Origin: Tubiluchus corallicola
Taxonomy: Eukaryota > Animalia > Priapulida
DNA: 39,764 nucleotides
Direction of reading: 5' to 3'
Assembly: GCA_030141605.1 (NCBI GenBank)
Contig: JAQGDQ010001464.1
Coordinates: 1-39,764, forward strand
Both the position numbers and the translations under genes were made by a program. This document shows positions 29,868-39,764 of this stretch, piece after piece (the first letter of the stretch is position 1; each line of letters starts with the position of its first letter). The notes beneath the pieces are model-generated. The model saw only the letters and a program-made list of their open reading frames with translations, was not told the DNA's origin and did not search any database.

Positions 29868-32334
29868 ATGGATTTTTCAAAATTTGGGGAAGACAGTTTT
29901 GATGTAAAGGAATGGGTCAATGCTGCTTTCAGAACTCCAGAAGCTCAGAGTAACAAGGATGCTCATGCTGCTTCTCTTGTTATGAAACTTCAGATGTTAA
30001 TTCAAGAGGTAGGGCCACATCTTTGTTTTTCTTGTTTCTTTGATGGTTTGTTGTTAATATTACTTGTTTGCAGCATCGCAGGGTTTTGCTAATAGCATTT
30101 CTGCCATATTGTAGTCTCTCGTTACATCACTAGTCCGAAAACTATCTTCTTAACAGATTTAATTTTTACCTGTTGTGTACTAATAATTCAGAACTGTCTT
30201 TCAGGTTAATAATTCGCTGGAAGAAATAAGTATCCAGGCAGTACAAAATCTACCAAGAGTACTGCGTGACATCGACTCCGTACGACAGGAAGCCGCTATG
30301 TTGCAGGAGCAAATGCGAATGGTCAGGCAAGATATCGAAAAAGTAGAGCAAGACACTTCTCAATCGATGCACATGCTTCTTAAAATTGACTCGGTGAAAA
30401 ACAAAATGCATGAAGCCAGTAAAGCATTGCAGGAAGCTGATAACTGGACAACTCAGTCTGCCGACGTTGAAACAGTTTTCGAAGTTGGTGATGTTAATGC
30501 TATTGTTACCAAACTTGTGGCCATGCAACAAAGTCTGACATTACTTGTCGATGTACCAGATTACGAGGATCGTGTCAAGCATTTACAGTCTTTGAAAATG
30601 CGTCTTGAAGCCATGCTTAGTCCACAGCTTGTTGCTGCATTCAGTTCCCAGTCATTAGATGATGCTCTGGTATATGTACGTATATTTAAAGATATCCAAT
30701 GTCTCGCACAACTACAGAAGTATTATCACAAATGCACAAAAAATTTGTTGAATGACCAATGGAAGAATGTTAGATCTGCTGATCCGGATGAGAACATTCT
30801 AGATTGGATGACTTCTTTCTACGATATTCTTATTTCTAATTGGCACATACAGATGAAATGGTGCAGCCATGTTTTTGCATCTCCTGTAGAGGTCGTTCTT
30901 GACTTACTTGAAGATACGTTAGCTTCTCTTGATCCGTCCTTTGCTCAGTGCATTGCAGAAGAACTGCAAGAAATTTCAAATCCCTTGAAAAGAATCACGG
31001 AACTAAAGGAAGTTACAGACAGATTTGTAAAAAGTATGGAAGGTCTAATTGCAAGCGTGAACGAGAAGTCTCTCACTTTGGAATGTGTTAGGAAAATGCT
31101 AAGAACAATATATTCTCCCTATGTTCAGTACATTCGAAGCTATGGTACCTATGAAGAGAGAGTATTACTAAAAGAACTGGACAGTATCAAAGTCGATGGA
31201 GATGAAGTCATGGACTGTGTGCGTTTGATGAGTGACTCGGTGCAAAAATGCTTTGCATTGGCCCAAGAAGCTGGAGATCGTTGTATTATATTCACAAATG
31301 GCTGCTGCTATCCAGTGTTATTACATGTTTTAGAGAAATATTTTACTTATTACCTTAGACTGTTTAGGAATTCACTTAAACATGTCAAATCTATTCGGAA
31401 TGCTGCCATCAATGAAGATGACGACGGCGACTGGTCAACTTTTCAACAAATCTTACGGATAATCCAAGTTTGTGGTGAAATTTTGGTGCAGTTCAATTAT
31501 CTACAGAAATTTCTTTTAGAAAAGTTTGCTGCGGCTTCAAACAATTTGTCACTAGCCTCTTCTGATGCTATATCAATAGTGGAAATAACTGACTTAAATA
31601 AAGCAGGTAATCCATTTCATCAACTGGATCTGTTTCTCTTAGATGAACAAGCGGAGAAACAAGCATTGTGTGAACTCCTGATACAATTTAAGAAGAATCC
31701 CGAGGCAGTTCAAATATTAGGAGATGTTGAACAAAGCTTAAAGTTATTATCTGAAGATGTACATAGATTTGCATTTAATGTTGTGTTTTCTCATATTGAA
31801 CGCCATCTACGGGATTTACATCTGTTAGAAATTTGGCAAGAGGACACACCAGGCGATGCTCTTACAGCGGATCTTCCCTCTTTTGGTTTGACACCGCAGG
31901 AGTATATCACTAAGATAGGTCAGTACTTACTAACTTTGCCTCAGCACATTGAACCATTTGTAGGTGAAGATAATCCGTCATTAGCAAGTGCTTTAAAAAG
32001 TGTTAAGTTACCGTACACTGATGAAAAATCTCGCACAGTTGGTCATATTGCAGATCTATGGCTTGAAGCATTTGCACGTGGCACTCAGCACCAGTACTTG
32101 GAAGCCATCTTGAAAATACCAGAATTAACAACACACGCTACAAAACAGTTGATTACTGATATAGAATATTTAACTAATGTGCTTGATGATTTAGGACTTC
32201 AGCCAATGGATCAGTTTAATTATTTGTATACCCTTGTTAAAGCTTCCCCGGAGGAATTTCCTGCTGTGGCAGAAAGTATACCCCAACGTATAGTTTCTGC
32301 AGTCACTAACATGAGAGCAATTAGTAATTATTAA
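29868..32334 (+). CDS. COG7: Conserved oligomeric Golgi complex subunit 7 (2 coding exons: 29868-30008, 30205-32334; 756 aa)
   Basis: N-terminus [21 protein letters not shown]...[11 protein letters not shown]|VNNSLEE...QNLPRVLRD and C-terminal [22 protein letters not shown] / [19 protein letters not shown] match COG7; 196-nt GT-AG intron 30009-30204, phase 0; TAA ends at 32334. Confidence 0.97.
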
Positions 32335-32397
32335 CTAACTAATAATACAACTGCATTCCCTTTATGGAAGTTTGCTATACACACTTGCTGAATGCAC

Positions 32398-32403
32398 AAT
32401 AAA
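32398..32403 (+). terminator. Candidate polyadenylation signal of COG7
   Basis: AATAAA ~65 nt after the stop codon, followed by T-rich sequence. Confidence 0.5.
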
Positions 32404-33880
32404 AATATTTTATTCCCTTAAAAATGGAATCTTGTGAATTAATGTTGTTAATATTTTATTTTAATTTAATTAGTAATTTCTTAGTCAATTTTTCAGACTG
32501 AAGCGTATATCACTATCCATGCATAAGAGTAAAAACTTTGCTTTTACGCAAATACATGTACATTTGCAAAATTGTGATATAAGATTGGTTTATTAAATGT
32601 ATACTGACTGACCAATTAATTTTTGTTAGCATTTGCAATTAAGTGACATTTACTGGTAGAGGTTTTAACGGGCACACTGGGCTGATTGAATTTTCAATTG
32701 TTTACCACCATCTTTTGATACTTTTTACACTGCGCAATAAGCTAATTAATCGTTTTCATAAAACCATACTTGATTTCATAGATCATTGACCTAGCTCTTT
32801 TGTACAGTTAGTTATGTTAATGGTCAGTATACTGTGGTACGAAAAGAAGAGAGGGTGTGCTACAAAGAGAGTGGAGGTAATTTTTCCTATTATGTATTTG
32901 TATTTTTCTTACGATGAATGACAAGTAGCCACACTTCTTAAAATCAACAAACTTAATCGAAAAATATTAATACTATACACATAACCAGTTATTTTATTTC
33001 AAAAGTGCAAGCTGTGACTTATTAAAACAATATTTTGAAGTACAGTGTTCAATCCTCTGTACTTACCACTGACCTTAGCCTGGTAAGTTAACTTTGCAGT
33101 GCCAGGTGTTTTATTGCATAATTAAGAAAAGTTGTAACACAGAACGTTTTCACTGCACCAGAGATTCGGTAATAAATTACTAAATATATATATTAATATT
33201 ATTGCAACAGATATAAGTAATAAACACTGCGCCGTATTTTCGTACTGTGACTTGATGGTCTTGATCATACATACATTGCTTGCATAGTAAACTAGACAAG
33301 CGCACATTATGTAAGTTTCCCATATTGACGTTTGCTCGTCTTTAGTAAGGAACTGAACCAACAGGACCTGAGAAGAAATATCGTCTCTTGTTTCTCTTTT
33401 TTCAAGTGGTTTTAGATTTTGAACAAGTACTATTGACTGCCTAACAGTAAAAGTTAATTTCATGTGAAAATGCAGCTTGTTTTCTGCAATAAGCAAGAGA
33501 AGAGTAGAGAGAAAATTGAACCTACACTCTACAGTACAGTGGCATGCCTGGGCAGTACAATGGCTTACCTTGATGGTGCATTGCATTTAGCATGAAGATA
33601 GACACAAGGTATTTTTTCCAAAAATAAGACATAGATCGCCATTTTCTTTACACTAGTGTGCAGATAATGGATGCATCTTTCTGTTAGAGCCTATAATTAG
33701 GCTATATTAAAAATTAATTTATGCGATGTGACAGTGCGTTGAAAAAGAACCACCTAGACTGCAAACTATCCGTATTTTTATATATGTTGTAGTCAGTAAA
33801 TGTAATATCACTACTCCTAATTAGTGCATGTTTCATGCTGCAATTATGTCTTGGGTGATACCATTCAATGTATACTCACT

Positions 33881-34619
33881 TGTAGGGCGCGGAGTAGCTG
33901 AAGTAGGACACTTCTGCAAAAGCGCATGTGCTAAATTTGCAGTGTCGTACATGGGCAGCCCAAATAGGGCACTGATGATTTCTTTTGAAAATCAAGAATT
34001 ATGACATAATAAAATATAAAACTAAATTTCACTTAAACACTTTTTCTAAACATATTTAGAAAAAAGTAATTTTATAATACTGATAGATAGTCCTTGACAA
34101 TTTACAAATGTATTTTTTTACAATAATATCATCATTATTATTAGCTCCATTAATATCATTGTAACATTAAACTAAGTATCTACTGCTTTAAAGAGAGAAA
34201 CTATTTAGGCACATAGCTCGCTATCCCGTGTACTTAGTAGAAAACAATTAGTAGTAATTGCCTAAAAAGCGGGCTTATTTTTCTTCAAAAAGATTAATAC
34301 CAAGGCCAAATTCAATATTGACCATTCTACTAACTCAGATTAAGATTCTTTTATTTTATCAGATGTATAATGAGTTATTCAACATGTATTGACATTTTCA
34401 GTTATTATTATTGAACAAACAAAGACACCGGATGCTGCCCGGTACAGTTAATGACTCAGTTCGTGACCTGTCTCTAATGTGCTACTTTCGCAGCCCATGT
34501 ACAACGCGTCCTACTTGGGCTAGCCCATATACGACGCGTCCTACTTGCGCTAGCCCATGTACGACGCGTCCTACTTGAGCTAGCTTATGTACGCCAATTG
34601 TCCTACTCTGCTCCCAACA
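33881..34619. mobile_element. Non-autonomous element with TGT...ACA termini and 5-bp TSD (Ginger-like)
   Basis: TCACT|TGTAGGGCGCGGAGTAG ... CTACTCTGCTCCCAACA|TCACT; 30-bp subterminal tandem repeats at ~34494-34593 with an inverted counterpart at ~33942-33967. Confidence 0.7.
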
Positions 34620-34931
34620 TCACTGAAAAGTTTAGTGACTCCTGGCCAAAGGTTGGTATTGAGCAGGAATGGTGTGAATGCAGGTAAAAATGGCACAGTT
34701 AGCTAGATTGCTGACATAAGATGCCAGATGTGCTACATGCCATTATACTGTAAGGTTTATAATAAAAATAATAAAGTTCTGCAGAAAATGGTTGAATCCT
34801 TAACTGAAAACATCTCATGGTTTTTCTTTAATGAAGTAAAAAAAATAAATGAAAATGAAAACTGAAAGCTCACGAAGCTGTATAATTGGGGTATCTGACA
34901 AACTTTAGAATGTGATTGGCTACAACAATGA

Positions 34932-34936
<5 letters not shown>

Positions 34937-35006
<70 letters not shown>
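34937..35006. repeat. (GT)n microsatellite
   Basis: Direct reading. Confidence 0.95.
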
Positions 35007-35007
<1 letters not shown>

Positions 35008-35894
35008 ATGTGCGTGTGTGTTTGTATATATATATACTGTGTTTATTCACACACATAATTTACATGCACAATTAGGTCAATGGAAGCATAGGATCATAAT
35101 ATGTAACAACAACTAGATACAAGTAATATTTACATTCATCGTAATATTATATATATATATATATGGAGAACTACTGGAGTTAAGTCGTACACAAACCTTG
35201 TGGAAACTGCCATATTATAGTTGCGATTTCTGTCCACAATTTTTAAACAAATTTTTAAACGATTTTTACTGCAGAATAAAATCAAATAATGTGAATAATC
35301 TTTGTTAAAATGCTTTTTGTTAGTCATTTAAAAGTTTATTCAAAAATTTTTAATAGTAAATTCAAATTCATGTCTGGCTGAGAATGTTCACCTATACATC
35401 TGATTGTGGCCAAAACATCCTTTCCAGTTGCATCCTACAAGAGATTAGAGTTGTAGCTTTACCATGAATTGCTGAATCTACATTTGCAGAGTGTCAAACT
35501 AAAATTACTGTTGAACTATTTATCAAATATTGACCGTATTCGTTATTTTAAATCTCCCATTGACAGTGAACCTACCAGTTAGTCTATTCACTTTTCACTT
35601 TAAATTTTCAGATTATCTCCATTACTTTTTTTCTTTCACTGTGTGGGACAATCTAACAAGCCCTGCTTTTTGATTGCCCGCGACACATTTACATTTGTAT
35701 ATAAGTGAACAGTGTTTGAGGCTTTTCCTGTGCAGTATTTCTTATTACGTTCATTGTAGGCCCTTTCACTAGATATTGTACATGAAACTACATGAATGAC
35801 AAAAAATTACCTATTTTATCTACCAGTTTTTAAATATTTTAACTGTTAGTTTTAATTTATAATTTCTACTGTCGGAATGTGCACTTATGCGACA

Positions 35895-36074
35895 ACACTA
35901 CCTGAGTGCCGGTGTGTTCACATGCTACGGTATCATTTAAAATAAACATATACTTGTGATCAGCTGTGCGTGTAAAGTCTGTCCACACTACCCGAGTGCA
36001 GGTGTGTTCACATGCTACGGTATCATTTAAAATAAACATATACTTGTGATCAGTTGTGCGTGTAAAGTCTGTCC
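35895..36074. repeat. 90-bp tandem duplication
   Basis: ACACTACC.GAGTGC...GTAAAGTCTGTCC twice. Confidence 0.9.
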
Positions 36075-36479
36075 TAAAGTAGAAATACAAATTTACAGTA
36101 CTGGAGATAAGTCTTTCACAAACCTTGTGGGAACTGCCATATGGTTTGCAGGGACAGTATTCCCGATATGCACACGAATCACCTGTTTACTGCATATAAT
36201 GTACATGCCTATACTTTACACATATTTCTGCCATTGCAAGTTGTGTTAGAAGACTATGCAGACAAGTCAAACATTGAGAAGTCACATCATGACTAAGTTT
36301 CCTTGGATATTTTTGTTCATTTCTGATGTTGTTCTTCATTGTGTTTTTTCGCTCTTTCAAATCGGCTTCCATTGGGTACGTAAATCATAAGAACTGACTT
36401 CCACTGAAAATAGGTACAAAGCAGTGAGTTTAAGATCAGAAAAACAAACGTAGTATTGGAGTAGGGATAATTCTTTTGG

Positions 36480-36920
36480 TGAGAAGAGACATCATGATGC
36501 TTTAAAAGAAAAGTTTTTTAGACTAGTTCATTTTTCAGATGTGGTACATTATGGAAAACATTCAGACTTCATACACTTTGCAAGAACGTTGAGAAGAGAC
36601 ATCATGTTGCTTTAGAAGAAAAGTTTTTTAGACTAGTTCTTTTTTCAGATGTGGTACATTATGGAAAACATTCAGACTTCATACACTTTGCAAGAACGTT
36701 GAGAAGAGACATCATGTTGCTTTAGAAGAAAAGTTTTTTAGACTAGTTCTTTTTTCAGATGTGGTACATCATGGAAAACATTCAGACTTCATACACTTTG
36801 CAAGAACGTTGAGAAGAGACATCATGTTGCTTTAGAAGAAAAGTTTTTTAGACTAGTTCTTTTTTCAGATGTGGTACATTATGGAAAACATCCAGACTTC
36901 ATACACTTTGCAAGAACGTT
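36480..36920. repeat. 110-bp tandem repeat, 4 copies, spanning a candidate splice acceptor
   Basis: GAGAAGAGAC recurs at 36481, 36591, 36701, 36811. Confidence 0.95.
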
Positions 36921-36986
36921 TACTACGAGTTATTGGTGATCTTACTCCCATCCATGGTGATACTGTTCAAGGACTCATTAATCAAG
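36869..36986 (+). other. Candidate 118-nt exon of an unidentified + strand gene
   Basis: tttttcag| ... AAG|gtaatt; two frames open (MWYIMENIQ...LINQ and CGTLWKTSRLHTLCKNVYYELLVILL...LIK); product not recognised. Confidence 0.4.
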
Positions 36987-37555
36987 GTAATTTAGATCAA
37001 CAAAAATATCTGTTATTACAGGTGTCTTGCCCATTGAAACTCCATTGCTATAGCAAGCTTATTCTGTCTCAACTTTTATAAAAAATTGTCTCATAACCTG
37101 ATTTAATTGGCTTTGAAACACCATTATTTGACTCTTAGAACTTATTCTACCGATGCTTCTCATACATTTATATACAGGACAGCCAGCAGAGGCATAGCAG
37201 ATTCTAAAATTAGGGGAGCAAGCACATAAAGAAGGAGGCAGTGACACCTGGTATCAAATAATTTTTGATGCACTAATTATACATTTTGAGTCAAAACACG
37301 AGACAGATCTTATTCTTGGCGCGTAAAAATGAGTTGCGTAAATTTTAAAACACGGGAAGCAGGTTGATCAAATAAGCTGATGACTCCAGAAAATTCATCC
37401 AGGGTTTTGCGACTAAAAGAAGATTCCACTTTTATCATTCCAGTGAACTAAAGAATTAAAAAATTGGTTGAAAAGGTGCCCATTTTGAAAGATGTTCTCG
37501 GCGAGAGGGGGGGCGTTCTTAGCTTAGCTATACAATTAATATTTAAATGCTGCAC

Positions 37556-37815
37556 TACTGTATTAGCTATGCTACAGTATTAGCTATGCTACTGTATTAG
37601 CTATGCTACAGTATTAGCTATGCTACAGTATTAGCTATGCTACTGTATTAGCTATGCTACAGTATTAGCTATGCTACAGTATTAGCTATGCTACTGTATT
37701 AGCTATGCTACAGTATTAGCTATGCTACAGTATTAGCTATGCTACTGTATTAGCTATGCTACAGTATTAGCTATGCTACAGTATTAGCTATGCTACTGTA
37801 TTAGCTATGCTACTG
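37556..37815. repeat. 17-bp minisatellite with 51-bp higher-order periodicity
   Basis: CTAC[T/A]GTATTAGCTATG; variants ordered T,A,A repeatedly. Confidence 0.93.
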
Positions 37816-37915
37816 CCAGCCAGTTTACATAAAAGTTGTGAAATTTGTATCTCTTCCTTCTTTTTATTCACATATTTACCACAGTAATTGCTTTAACGTT
37901 TTAGGCCTTGAAAAA

Positions 37916-39764
37916 GGTCTGTGTGGATTGAAACAGGTCTGTGTGGACTGAAACAGGTCTGTGTGGACTGAAACAGGTCTGTGTGCACTGAAACAGGTCT
38001 GTGTGGACTGAAACAGGTCTGTGTGGACTGAAACAGGTCTGTGTGGATTGAAACAGGTCTGTGTGGACTGAAACAGGTCTGTGTGGACTGAAACAGGTCT
38101 GTGTGGACTGAAACAGGTCTGTGTGCACTGAAACAGGTCTGTGTGGACTGAAACAGGTCTGTGTGGACTGAAACAGGTCTGTGTGCACTGAAACAGGTCT
38201 GTGTGGACTGAAACAGGTCTGGGTGGACTGAAACAGGTCTGTGTGGACTGAAACAAGTCTGTGTGGACTGAAACAGGTCTGTGTGGACTGAAACTGGTCT
38301 GTGTGGACTGAAACAAGTCTGTGTGCACTGAAACTGGTCTGTGTGGACTGAAACAGGTCTGTGTGGACTGAAACAGGTCTGTGTGGACTGAAACAAGTCT
38401 GTGTGCACTGAAACAGGTCTGTGTGGACTGAAACAGGTCTGTGTGGACTGAAACTGGTCTGTGTGGACTGAAACAGGTCTGTGTGGACTGAAACAGGTCT
38501 GTGTGGACTGAAACAAGTCTGTGTGCACTGAAACAGGTCTGTGTGCACTGAAACAAGTCTGTGTGCACTGAAACAGGTCTGTGTGCACTGAAACAGGTCT
38601 GTGTGGACTGAAACAGGTCTGTGTGGACTGAAACAGGTCTGTGTGCACTGAAACAGGTCTGTGTGCACTGAAACAGGTCTGTGTGCACTGAAACAGGTCT
38701 GTGTGGATTGAAACTGGTCTGTGTGCACTGAAACAGGTCTGTGTGGACTGAAACAGGTCTGTGTGGATTGAAACTGGTCTGTGTGGACTGAAACAGGTCT
38801 GTGTGCACTGAAACAGGTCTGTGTGGACTGAAACAGGTCTGTGTGGACTGAAACAGGTCTGTGTGGACTGAAACAGGTCTGTGTGGACTGAAACAGGTCT
38901 GTGTGGACTGAAACAGGTCTGTGTGGACTGAAACAGGTCTGTGTGGACTGAAACAGGTCTGCGTGGACTGAAACAGGTCTGCGTGGACTGAAACAGGTCT
39001 GTGTGCACTGAAACAGGTCTGTGTGGACTGAAACAGGTCTGTGTGCACTGAAACAGGTCTGTGTGCACTGAAACAGGTCTGTGTGGACTGAAACAGGTCT
39101 GTGTGGACTGAAACAGGTCTGTGTGGACTGAAACAGGTCTGGGTGGACTGAAACAGGTCTGCGTGGACTGAAACAGGTCTGTGTGGACTGAAACAGGTCT
39201 GCGTGGACTGAAACAGGTCTGTGTGGACTGAAACAGGTCTGTGTGGACTGAAACAGGTCTGTGTGGACTGAAACAGGTCTGTGTGGACTGAAACAGGTCT
39301 GCGTGGACTGAAACAGGTCTGCGTGGACTGAAACAGGTCTGTGTGGACTGAAACAGGTCTGCGTGGACTGAAACAGGTCTGTGTGGACTGAAACAAGTCT
39401 GTGTGCACTGAAACAGGTCTGTGTGCAGCGAAACAGGTCTGTGTGCACTGAAACAGGTCTGCGTGGACTGAAACAGGTCTGCGTGGACTGAAACAGGTCT
39501 GTGTGCACTGAAACAGGTCTGCGTGGACTGAAACAGGTCTGCGTGGACTGAAACAGGTCTGTGTGGACTGAAACAGGTCTGTGTGCACTGAAACAGGTCT
39601 GTGTGCACTGAAACAGGTCTGTGTGCACTGAAACAGGTCTGTGTGGACTGAAACAAGTCTGTGTGCACTGAAACAGGTCTGTGTGCACTGAAACAAGTCT
39701 GTGTGCACTGAAACAGGTCTGTGTGCACTTAAACAGGTCTGTGTGGACTGAAACAGGTCTGTGT
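37916..39764. repeat. 20-bp minisatellite/satellite (GGTCTGTGTGGACTGAAACA), >90 copies, runs off the window edge
   Basis: Direct reading; explains the three ~600-aa overlapping ORFs. Confidence 0.98.

Noticed and set aside
33122-33586. 154-aa - strand ORF
   Set aside because: No recognisable domain, and it crosses apparent splice signals and AT-rich intron-like sequence.
37876-39728. Three overlapping ~600-aa ORFs
   Set aside because: Translations of a 20-bp satellite with no stop on the - strand; the same peptide appears in all three frames.

Overview
AT-rich animal (probably invertebrate) genomic DNA with no prokaryotic features and no CRISPR array. The - strand carries the 5' half of an SLC4 anion-exchanger gene (AE2/AE3-like). 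I reconstructed 13 phase-consistent coding exons by hand (24235 down to 922, about 561 aa of cytoplasmic N-terminus; the gene continues off the left edge) plus a probable alternative first coding exon (21090-21218). The + strand carries a complete, almost intronless COG7 gene (29868-30008 + 30205-32334, 756 aa), head-to-head with SLC4. Introns and flanks hold many minisatellites, several MITEs (Tc1/pogo-, hAT-, Kolobok- and Ginger-like), a solo LTR and a 5S-rRNA-headed SINE. The most unusual signal is tandem arrays built from splice-acceptor sequence. One SLC4 intron consists almost entirely of ~32 copies of a 38-bp unit spanning the 3' splice site and the first exon bases. Two further arrays (34 bp, 110 bp) also multiply acceptor sites. 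Most ORFs in the supplied track are repeat-derived or spurious. All family assignments come from reading the sequence and recall of the families, not from database searches.
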